This document shows, one piece after another, positions 26,239 to 33,963 of a stretch of DNA of 64,000 nt. Made by a program: the position numbers and the translations under genes. Under the pieces are notes generated by a model, which saw only the letters and a program-made list of their open reading frames with translations, had not been told where the DNA came from and searched no databases. Numbering within the stretch: the stretch's first letter is position 1; each line of letters opens with the position of its first letter. Source of the DNA: an uncultured Verrucomicrobiae bacterium (GTDB taxonomy: Bacteria > Verrucomicrobiota > Verrucomicrobiia > Limisphaerales > Palsa-1400); contig CAVXRD010000003.1 of NCBI GenBank assembly GCA_963764165.1, forward strand, positions 672,001 to 736,000, written 5' to 3'.

Positions 26239-27471
26239 ATGTTTAGAACACAATGCTTAGCCTGCAAGTCGGCAGATTTGCACGAGATCGTGAATTTGGG
26301 AATGCATCCCATGGCCGATACGTTCATTCCCGCCAGCAGGCTGGCCGACGGCGACCGCGTCTACCCGCTCATCTGCGATTTGTGCGAGCATTGCGGCCAG
26401 GTGCAATTGCGCACGATCACCAATCCCGCGGAGCGCTATTCCGATTACGATTATTCCTACACCTCGTCCAATTCGCGCACGTCGCAGAATCATTGGATTG
26501 AATATGCGGGCACGGTGGCCGGAATGGTCGGATTGAAGGCGGAGAATGCGGTGGTTGAAATCGGATCCAATGACGGTTTTCTCAGCGAACAATTTCAGAA
26601 GCTCGGCTGCAAGACGCTCGGTGTTGATCCCTCCCCTGCCATGGCGAAGCTGGCTGCGGAGCGCGGGGTCAATACGCTGGTGGGTTTATTCGGATCGGAA
26701 TGCGTTGAAAAAGTGGTACAGATCCTCGGCAGAAAGCCAAATCTGATCGCCGCCAATAACGTTTTCAACCATGCCAATGATCCGCTCGATTTCGCCCACG
26801 GCATCAAGGCGCTGCTCGCGCCCGGTGGAACGTTTGTGTTCGAGCTGCCGTATTGGATGCAGTCGGTCGTGCAGCGGAAATTTGACCAGATTTATCATGA
26901 GCACGTGAGTTATTTGACGGTTAAATATGCGGTGAATTTGTTCAAGGCGGCCGGCATGGTGGTCAACCATGTGGACGAAGTGGATTACCACGGCGGTTCC
27001 ATTCGCGTTTTCGTCGGGCACGAAGCGGCGGCCTACCATGTGACGACGGCAGGGCCGACAGTTGAACAATTTATTGAGAAGGAAACCGAGGACGGACTTT
27101 TTGATCACGAGTCTTACGCAGTCTTCATGCAGCAAATTCAAACTTCGCGAAATCGGTTCCTGCGCGAAATTTACCGGCTGAAATTGGAAGGCCATTCCAT
27201 CGTTTGCGTCGGCGCGGCGGCCAAGGGGAACACGTTTCTCAACTATTACAACCTTGATGCGTCGGTCATCGATTGCGTGACCGAGTCTTCGGCCAGCAAA
27301 ATTGGAAAATTTACGCCACGCACCCGCATTCCGATTCGCGCCGACCAGAAGCTGGCGGAATACGAATCCGTCTACGCGATCATACTTTCCTGGAACATCT
27401 CGGCCGCGCTGCAAGCCATTCTCACCAAGATCAATCCGCGCATTCAATTTCTAAATCCTTACGAGCCATGA
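26239..27471 (+). CDS. NDP-hexose C-methyltransferase (SAM-dependent, Zn-finger N-terminus)
   Basis: CLAC...CEHCGQVQL, EIGSNDG, ANNVFNH, FDQIYHEH, HGGSIR, GAAAKGNT. Confidence 0.9.
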   Translation: MFRTQCLACKSADLHEIVNLGMHPMADTFIPASRLADGDRVYPLICDLCEHCGQVQLRTITNPAERYSDYDYSYTSSNSRTSQNHWIEYAGTVAGMVGLKAENAVVEIGSNDGFLSEQFQKLGCKTLGVDPSPAMAKLAAERGVNTLVGLFGSECVEKVVQILGRKPNLIAANNVFNHANDPLDFAHGIKALLAPGGTFVFELPYWMQSVVQRKFDQIYHEHVSYLTVKYAVNLFKAAGMVVNHVDEVDYHGGSIRVFVGHEAAAYHVTTAGPTVEQFIEKETEDGLFDHESYAVFMQQIQTSRNRFLREIYRLKLEGHSIVCVGAAAKGNTFLNYYNLDASVIDCVTESSASKIGKFTPRTRIPIRADQKLAEYESVYAIILSWNISAALQAILTKINPRIQFLNPYEP

Positions 27472-27869
27472 CACACACAAAAATCACTCCGGCCACCAGC
27501 GACGAGCGCGGCACTATTTCCGACATCCTCTACAAGTCGGAATTTCAGCACGCGGCGATCATTGAATCCAAATGCGGCGGCCTTATCCGCGGCAACCATT
27601 ATCACAAGGCAACCACCCAGCATATTTTCATCACGCGCGGCTCGCTGCGCTATTGGTATCAGCCGGTGGACAAGAGCGAGCCGGTCAAGTCCATCCTCAT
27701 GCAGGAATATGACTTGGTTTCCACGCCGCCCTTCGAAATCCACGCCTTGGAAATCCTGGAGCCGAATCAATTTGTCGTCTTCAGCAACGGCATTCGCGGC
27801 GGTCACGATTACGAAAGCGACACCTTCCGCGTCACTCCAATCCTGACGCCAGAGATGGTCAAAAAATAA
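27468..27869 (+). CDS. Cupin-fold NDP-sugar isomerase/epimerase (FdtA/RmlC-like)
   Basis: DERGTI, RGNHYH, EIHA; ATGA overlap with the upstream stop. Confidence 0.75.
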   Translation: MTHTKITPATSDERGTISDILYKSEFQHAAIIESKCGGLIRGNHYHKATTQHIFITRGSLRYWYQPVDKSEPVKSILMQEYDLVSTPPFEIHALEILEPNQFVVFSNGIRGGHDYESDTFRVTPILTPEMVKK

Positions 27870-28771
27870 TGAGCCGGTTCCTGGTCACCGGCGGCAAAGG
27901 GTTCATCGGGAAGAATCTGACCCGGTTTCTGCAGGAGACTGCCGGGGCTGAGGTAACTTCCGTTGGCCGCGAGTTTGACCTCCGGGAAGCTGATCGCGTC
28001 TGCGAGCTGTTTCAGAAATTCGGCCCGTTCGATTACATTGTGCATCTGGCGGATGTTCAGGGCGACGCCCGCTGGTCGGCTCAGAACGCAGCGACGCAAT
28101 TCTTCGCTAACGCGAAAATTTCCCTCAACGTTCTCGAAGCGTGGCAGCAATTTCAACCTCGGGCGCGCATGGTCGCGCTGAGTTCGTTGTGGGCTTATCC
28201 CGAGGCGGTAGTGGAAGCGAGCGAGAAGGATTATTGGAACGGCCGCATGCACCGCGCGACCGAGCATTACGGGTTGAACAAGAAATTTTTCGGCGTCGGC
28301 CTGGATGCCTGCAAGCGCCAGCACAACTTGCGCGGCACCGCCCTCGTGCTCGGCAGCGTCTACGGCCCGGGCGACTCCACCACGCACGTCATCCCGTCGC
28401 TTTTGGGTCGCATGCAGAAAAATCCCGATCTCCTCGAAATTTGGGGTGATGGCACAGAGACGCGCGATTTTATTTACGTCGAAGACCAAATCCGCGCGAT
28501 TTATGAGCATCGCGATTATAACGGCGAGCTTTTGAACATCAGCAGCGGGCAGAGTTATTCCATTCGGGAAGTGGTGGAAATTCTGGCGCGGCTGATGGAT
28601 TACAAGGGGAAGATCGTCTTCGACGTTTCCAAGGCAACCGGCGCGGCCAAACGGCGCATCAACGTCTCCGCCGCCACCGAAGCCACGGGCTGGCCGGGCA
28701 AGTTCAAGCTGCATTCCTTGGAAGAAGGCTTGCGCAAAACCGTAAATTCATTAAAAACAACCAATGCCTAA
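27869..28771 (+). CDS. NAD(P)-dependent epimerase/reductase, GDP-L-fucose synthase-like
   Basis: TGGKGFIG, YGLNK, VYGPGD, HVIP, IWGDGTETRDFIYVED. Confidence 0.85.
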   Translation: MSRFLVTGGKGFIGKNLTRFLQETAGAEVTSVGREFDLREADRVCELFQKFGPFDYIVHLADVQGDARWSAQNAATQFFANAKISLNVLEAWQQFQPRARMVALSSLWAYPEAVVEASEKDYWNGRMHRATEHYGLNKKFFGVGLDACKRQHNLRGTALVLGSVYGPGDSTTHVIPSLLGRMQKNPDLLEIWGDGTETRDFIYVEDQIRAIYEHRDYNGELLNISSGQSYSIREVVEILARLMDYKGKIVFDVSKATGAAKRRINVSAATEATGWPGKFKLHSLEEGLRKTVNSLKTTNA

Positions 28772-29732
28772 AAAAGCACTCATCACCGGAATCACTGGCC
28801 AGGACGGATCCTACCTGGCCGAGCACCTTTTGTCCCTCGGTTACGAAGTTCATGGTTTGATCCGCCGCAATTCGATCACCGAAAACCAGCAGAGCCGCCT
28901 GGATGCGGTCGCGAAAGACCTGCACAACGAATATGGCGATGTCTCGGACGTTTCGACCATCGACCGGGTGATGATGCGCGTCAAGCCGGATGAAGTTTAC
29001 AACCTCGCGGCGCAAAGCCATGTGCGCATCAGTTTTGATGTGCCGCAATACACGGTCCAAACGAACGCGCTTGGCGCATTGAATGTTTTGGAATCCGTCC
29101 GCTCCCATTCGCCAGCCGCCCATTTTTACCAGGCCTCCTCGTCCGAGATGTTCGGCAACAGCGTCGACCCGGACGGCAAGCAGCGCGAAACGACCAAGAT
29201 GTCGCCGGTCAGCCCATACGGCTGCTCGAAACTTTTCGCCTACAGCATCGTTCGCAATTACCGGCATTCCTACAAGCTGTTCGCGTCCAACGGCATTCTC
29301 TTCAATCACGAATCCCCGCGCCGCGCCTCGAATTTCGTCACCAACAAAATCATCAAGAACGCGGTGATGATCTCGCAGGGCAAATTGGACAAGCTGGAAT
29401 TGGGCAACCTCGATTCGCAGCGGGATTGGGGCCATTCCAAGGATTATGTTCGCGCCATGCATTTGATTTTGCAGCACAGCGAGCCGGATGATTTTGTCAT
29501 TTCCACCGGCCAGACGCATTCGATTCGCGAATTCTGTGAAATCGTCTTCAACAAGCTCGGCTTGGACTACAAAAAATACGTCGTTCAAAACCCGAAATAC
29601 ATGCGGCCCGAGGAATTGAATTATCTGTGCGGCGATTGCACGAAAGCGAAAAAAGTCCTCAATTGGGTGCCAGCCTACACTTTTGATTCGATGATCGAGG
29701 AAATGATCGAGAGCTGGCGCAAGGTGGTGTGA
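28764..29732 (+). CDS. gmd: GDP-mannose 4,6-dehydratase
   Basis: ALITGITGQDGSYLAE, YNLAAQSHV, YQASSSEMFG, SPYGCSK, GILFNHESPRR, LGNLDSQRDWG. Confidence 0.96.
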   Translation: MPKKALITGITGQDGSYLAEHLLSLGYEVHGLIRRNSITENQQSRLDAVAKDLHNEYGDVSDVSTIDRVMMRVKPDEVYNLAAQSHVRISFDVPQYTVQTNALGALNVLESVRSHSPAAHFYQASSSEMFGNSVDPDGKQRETTKMSPVSPYGCSKLFAYSIVRNYRHSYKLFASNGILFNHESPRRASNFVTNKIIKNAVMISQGKLDKLELGNLDSQRDWGHSKDYVRAMHLILQHSEPDDFVISTGQTHSIREFCEIVFNKLGLDYKKYVVQNPKYMRPEELNYLCGDCTKAKKVLNWVPAYTFDSMIEEMIESWRKVV

Positions 29733-29751
29733 ATGCAGGTGAGAATATTGC

Positions 29752-29776
29752 GGCGGACACGCAGATCCGCCCTACC
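29752..29776 (-). repeat. Single GTAG-type REP unit
   Basis: Minus strand GGTAG-GGCGGA-TCTGCGTG-TCCGCC hairpin just after gmd. Confidence 0.55.
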
Positions 29777-29870
29777 CAAATTTGGCAGTGCGGTGCTGCG
29801 CCGCCGCCCAAATATTTCCCCCTGCGATCCCGCCCATAAAAATGCAAATTAAAAAATCGCAAATTGGGAC

Positions 29871-29898
29871 TTGTCAATTTCCAGATCACTGTTAGGTT
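29871..29898 (+). promoter_or_regulatory. Putative sigma70 promoter of rpmE
   Basis: TTGTCA-N16-TAGGTT with a TG extension, 14 nt upstream of the ATG. Confidence 0.45.
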
Positions 29899-29912
29899 GT
29901 CCGCCCTAGTTT

Positions 29913-30158
29913 ATGAGAGCAGACATTCATCCTAAATATATGGACGCGGAAATCCGTTGCGCCTGTGGCAACGTCATCAAGACCCGCTCCACCAAACCAT
30001 CCATTTTGGTCGGCATTTGCAATTCATGCCACCCTTTCTACACCGGCACCCAGAAATTTGTCGACACCGCTGGACGCGTCGATAAATTCCAGCAGCGCAT
30101 GGCCAAGACGCAAGCCGCCCAGGCTGCCGCCGCCGTGCCCAAGAAAAAGAAGAAGTAG
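29913..30158 (+). CDS. rpmE: 50S ribosomal protein L31 (Zn-binding type)
   Basis: [30 protein letters not shown]. Confidence 0.97.
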   Translation: MRADIHPKYMDAEIRCACGNVIKTRSTKPSILVGICNSCHPFYTGTQKFVDTAGRVDKFQQRMAKTQAAQAAAAVPKKKKK

Positions 30159-30171
30159 GAGACTTTCGCTG

Positions 30172-30217
30172 AACCCGCCCGCGGACGCTTTGGCTTTCGC
30201 GGGCGGGTTGCTTTTTT
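30172..30217 (+). terminator. Rho-independent terminator between rpmE and prfA
   Basis: AACCCGCCCGCG...CGCGGGCGGGTT 12-bp stem followed by GCTTTTTT. Confidence 0.8.
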
Positions 30218-30224
30218 GACGGCC

Positions 30225-31304
30225 ATGAATCTCCGCCCTTTCATTGAGAAATTCGCGCGCCGCTTGGGTGAGGTCGAAGCCGCCCTGAGCGACCCGAAGC
30301 TTTTTGACAATCCGGCCAAGTCCCAGGAAACGGCCCGCGAATACGCGCGCCTCAAGGGCTTGAACGAGGCGGGCGCGCGCTATCTCAAGGCGTCGGAAGA
30401 CCTCGCCCAGCACGAAGCTTTCCTCAAGTCGGAACCGTCCGAAAGCGAACTGGCCGAAATGACCCGCCAGGAAGTCGCTGAATTGCAGACGCTCATTCAG
30501 CGCATGACGAAGGAAGTCCTCATCGGCGTTGCCCCGCCCGACCCGGCCGATTCGCGCAATACGATTGTGGAAATTCGCGCCGGCGCGGGAGGTTCGGAAT
30601 CCGCCCTGTTCGCCGCCGACCTCCACCGGATGTATAGCCGCTACGCGGACTCGCGGGGCTGGAAAATTGAGAACATGGACAGCAGCCCGTCTGATTTGGG
30701 CGGGTTTCGCGAAATCATTTTCGGCGTGACGGGGACGGATGTTTTCAAGCGGCTCAAGTACGAAATGGGCGTCCACCGCGTGCAGCGCGTGCCGGCCACC
30801 GAGGCCCAAGGCCGCATCCACACCAGCACCGCAACCGTCGCCGTGCTGCCGGAAGCGCAGGAAGTCGATTTTGAACTGGACCCGGAAGACTTGGAAATTA
30901 ACGTCTGCCGCGCCTCCGGCAAGGGCGGCCAGGGCGTCAATACTACCGACTCAGCCGTGCAGGTTATTTACAAGCCGACCGGGATGATTGTCCGCTGCGC
31001 CGACGAGCGTTCGCAGCAAAAGAACAAGGCCAAGGCGCTTACCGTGCTGCGTTCGCGATTGCTCGAAATCAAGGTCGCCGAGGAAAACGCCATCTACGCC
31101 GCCCGCCGCAAGGAGCAAGTCGGCACCGGCGAGCGCAACGAGCGCATCCGCACCTACAATTTTCCGCAGAACCGCGTGACCGACCACCGCATCGAACTGA
31201 CGCTGTATAATCTGCCGCGTGTCCTTGAAGGCGAGCTGGATTGCCTCATCGAGCCGCTGATGGCGGACGACCTGGAAAAGCGGCTGGCCGCATTGGAATT
31301 ATAA
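30225..31304 (+). CDS. prfA: Peptide chain release factor 1
   Basis: GGQ motif; PAT (PxT) specificity motif in VQRVPATE; RIRTYNFPQNRVTDHRI. Confidence 0.96.
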   Translation: MNLRPFIEKFARRLGEVEAALSDPKLFDNPAKSQETAREYARLKGLNEAGARYLKASEDLAQHEAFLKSEPSESELAEMTRQEVAELQTLIQRMTKEVLIGVAPPDPADSRNTIVEIRAGAGGSESALFAADLHRMYSRYADSRGWKIENMDSSPSDLGGFREIIFGVTGTDVFKRLKYEMGVHRVQRVPATEAQGRIHTSTATVAVLPEAQEVDFELDPEDLEINVCRASGKGGQGVNTTDSAVQVIYKPTGMIVRCADERSQQKNKAKALTVLRSRLLEIKVAEENAIYAARRKEQVGTGERNERIRTYNFPQNRVTDHRIELTLYNLPRVLEGELDCLIEPLMADDLEKRLAALEL

Positions 31305-31305
31305 T

Positions 31306-31887
31306 ATGACCGAACCAAAAGCATTGATTTTCGACTGCGACGGCACCCTCGCCGACACCATGCCGCTGCACTGGATTGCATGGCAAACCGTGACAAAACG
31401 CTACGGCCTCGATTTTACCGAGGAGAGATTTTATTCGCTCGGCGGAGTGCCATCGCGCGACATTCTCAAGATGTTGAGCGAAGAGCAGAACAAGGCGTTT
31501 GATCCCATCGCCGTCTCCAAGGAAAAGGAAGCCGTCTACCTGCCCTATATGCCGACGATCAAGCCGATTGAAGCCGTCGTCCAGATTGCGCGCGAGAATG
31601 TTGGAATAATCCCGATGGCGGTGGCATCGGGCGGCATCAACACGCATATCAACGAAGTGTTGAAACACTTGGGCATCCGCCAATGGTTCGCCGCGGTCGT
31701 CACCAGTGAAGATGTCAAGAATCAGAAGCCCGCGCCCGACATTTTCCTCGAAGCCGCCCGCCGCCTCGGCGTTGAGCCGCAATTCTGCCGCGCTTACGAA
31801 GACACTGACCTTGGACTTCAGGCGATACGCGCCGCCGGGATGGAAGCGGTGGATGTCAGGCAACTCGGCCTGGCGAAGCAAGCCTAA
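31306..31887 (+). CDS. HAD-family phosphatase (YqaB / beta-phosphoglucomutase-like)
   Basis: FDCDGTLADT, KPAPDIF, YEDTDLG. Confidence 0.9.
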   Translation: MTEPKALIFDCDGTLADTMPLHWIAWQTVTKRYGLDFTEERFYSLGGVPSRDILKMLSEEQNKAFDPIAVSKEKEAVYLPYMPTIKPIEAVVQIARENVGIIPMAVASGGINTHINEVLKHLGIRQWFAAVVTSEDVKNQKPAPDIFLEAARRLGVEPQFCRAYEDTDLGLQAIRAAGMEAVDVRQLGLAKQA

Positions 31888-31894
31888 CCTTTCT

Positions 31895-31971
31895 GGCAGG
31901 GCGAGACTCTGTCGAGCCCATTATGGATTTTGGGAGGGGAATTAATCAGGGCTCGACAGTCTCGCCCTACC
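31895..31971. repeat. GTAG-type REP doublet between convergent genes (may act as a bidirectional terminator)
   Basis: GGCAGGGCGAGACTCTGTCGAGCCC (31895-31919) faces GGGCTCGACAGTCTCGCCCTACC (31949-31971). Confidence 0.75.
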
Positions 31972-31975
31972 GGGA

Positions 31976-33547
31976 TTATTTCGACGCCGTCACCGGCGCG
32001 TGCGTGGTGGCGAGTTCGCTGGCCAAGCCGAGGTCGGACATCATGTAATTCCTCCGCGTGAGGAGTTTTGCGGTGTATAAACGAATGGTGTCATCATCGT
32101 AACCGGAGGCGCGCAGGGCTTGGGTGATTTGTTCGGGCGTCAATTGCCCGATCAGGCGCGCCATCCAGCGAGCGTCGTCGAGTGTCATGTCGGCGAAGGC
32201 TTTGGTTGGCACCACCGGCGTGTAGCCGACGATTCGCAGGCGGCCGTTGGAGGGCGCGGTGAAGCGAATCGGAAATTCATTCACTTTTTCCCCGTGCCAC
32301 GCCATCAGGCCCGACGTTCGCCCAAGTCCCGCTCCAAGGTCCGAAAAATAGTGCTCTAGGTGCGGATTCTTTTTCGGGCCGACGAGCCGCAATTTAGTAT
32401 TGTCAAACCGGGTGTCGTAAAAACCAATCCACGCCGCGAGCAAACCAGCGGCCCGCACTTCGCGGCGGTCGGCGTGGTCAAGCTGCGCGTAATCCCACGG
32501 GCCGATGCTTTTGACGTGCGCTTCCTTGATTTGCACGTTCGCTGGAGTCGTGACGATGTAATCGATTTTCTTTTCAACCTCGGCCACGAAGTTCGTGCCG
32601 TCGAGGAGATGGTGTTTCAATTCGCGTCCGCTCCATCGCGTCCCATCGCGCAGCACCGCCGAGGCAACGTAATCGAACGGATCATGCCAGCCTTGCAGAT
32701 TCATCGAATAGACCGGCACCAGCCAAAGCACGGTGAATTTGGTGCGGACGGCCTTGCGCGAATTGAACTCGGTAAAAATCCGGCGGTCATAAGCGACCTT
32801 GATGCCGGGGCTGTAATCCGTGGGATCGGAGTGGTAGCCAAGCGCCCAGAAAATCCGCGTGGCAAACGGCTCCGACGATTGCTCGCCAAACTTCAACTTG
32901 ACAGACGATCCGTCGCATTGGACTTCGTAGCCGGGGTTCATGCCGGAGGATTCTTTCGGGACGTAGTATTGACAAACCTTGCTTCCGAAGTTCGGCAATG
33001 AAGCGCGGCCGAAACCCGCGCTCAAATCTTCGCCCGCGATATTGATCGGGCGAGACCAGAAGCTATTTGGCAGCGGGTCGCGTTCGCTCAAATCGCCGCC
33101 TTGGCCGGGGACCAAGTCGGCGGCTGGCGTCTTGCCCACACCAATAGGCCGGTGGAGCTGCTTGGCGAAGGTGGGAAACATGACCGCGTCGAAATGCGGC
33201 AGTACGGTGGGGCGCTCAAGATTGTTGACGGCAAGCACGACTTCCAGCAAATCGCGTTCGGCCTTTTGTCGCGCGGGCGAATCGGGAGTGGCGAGAATGG
33301 ATTTGGCCAACAGGCTGATTTCCGCCAGGCCGCGGCGCTCGTGTTTGGATTCGTCATCTGGCTGAGCTAGCGCGTTATCCACTTTCGCCTTAAGTTGGCG
33401 GATGTCGGCGTCATTCTCCGGGACGAACGCCACCGCGAGTCCGGGTATTCGCAATTCGTACTTCTGATGGAAATCGATCGGCGCGGCAAAGACATCCCGC
33501 TGCGCCGCGCAAAATGCTAGAACCAACAGCCACCTTATCTTTGGCAT
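31976..33547 (-). CDS. Secreted hypothetical protein with atypical protein-kinase-like motifs
   Basis: Start moved to MPKIRWLLVLAFCAAQ (signal-like); SSGMNP, VKLKF, SEPFATR, YDTRFDN, FSDLG. Confidence 0.7.
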   Translation of the reverse strand: MPKIRWLLVLAFCAAQRDVFAAPIDFHQKYELRIPGLAVAFVPENDADIRQLKAKVDNALAQPDDESKHERRGLAEISLLAKSILATPDSPARQKAERDLLEVVLAVNNLERPTVLPHFDAVMFPTFAKQLHRPIGVGKTPAADLVPGQGGDLSERDPLPNSFWSRPINIAGEDLSAGFGRASLPNFGSKVCQYYVPKESSGMNPGYEVQCDGSSVKLKFGEQSSEPFATRIFWALGYHSDPTDYSPGIKVAYDRRIFTEFNSRKAVRTKFTVLWLVPVYSMNLQGWHDPFDYVASAVLRDGTRWSGRELKHHLLDGTNFVAEVEKKIDYIVTTPANVQIKEAHVKSIGPWDYAQLDHADRREVRAAGLLAAWIGFYDTRFDNTKLRLVGPKKNPHLEHYFSDLGAGLGRTSGLMAWHGEKVNEFPIRFTAPSNGRLRIVGYTPVVPTKAFADMTLDDARWMARLIGQLTPEQITQALRASGYDDDTIRLYTAKLLTRRNYMMSDLGLASELATTHAPVTASK

Positions 33548-33610
33548 ACACGCGCAGAATGCGCGGTTCGCTTCAGAGGGGAAATGAGGTGTTTTACCCG
33601 TAGGTCCCGT

Positions 33611-33637
33611 GGCAGGGACGCCTCGCCGAGGCGTCCC
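33611..33637 (+). repeat. REP-like hairpin; partner-arm remnant at 33901-33912
   Basis: GGCA-GGGACGCCTC-GCC-GAGGCGTCCC perfect 10-bp stem; CGGCGTCCCTGC on the far side of the family A element. Confidence 0.65.
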
Positions 33638-33638
33638 T

Positions 33639-33901
33639 GGGTGTGATTGAAAGCGGGTGATGGATGCAGGCCGACAAGCGCGGCTGTGTCGAAGACCAGC
33701 CGCAGCAACACTCGAACAACCGAAAGCGAATTTGGCTGTGACCACTCCGAAAAACATATCAAAACTTCGGAACTGCGGCTGATGAGCCGTGGAACTCTTT
33801 CTGACCCGCCACTTGTTTCCACGTGGCTGCGGCTGGTCTTCGACACAGCCGCGCTCCGCTCAAAGCGACATCGCACGCCTCACCCACTTTCAATCACACC
33901 C
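33639..33901. mobile_element. REPIN/MITE-like element, family A copy 2 (intact)
   Basis: 22-bp TIR GGGTGTGATTGAAAG(C/T)GGGTGA (21/22 match); inner perfect 30-bp inverted repeat 33677-33706 / 33826-33855. Confidence 0.88.
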
Positions 33902-33963
33902 GGCGTCCCTGCTTTGAAATGATTGTGTTAGATATTTCCGGGAGGCGCCCTTAAATTGATCTC

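Noticed and set aside
30225..31304. Programmed frameshift of the prfB type
   Set aside because: The gene is RF1 (PxT motif) with a continuous frame
33535..33922. Small ORFs (113 aa, 91 aa) and similar ones at 22827-23292 and 38090-38359 sharing peptides such as LRLVFDTAA
   Set aside because: These are translations of the family A palindromic element, not independent genes
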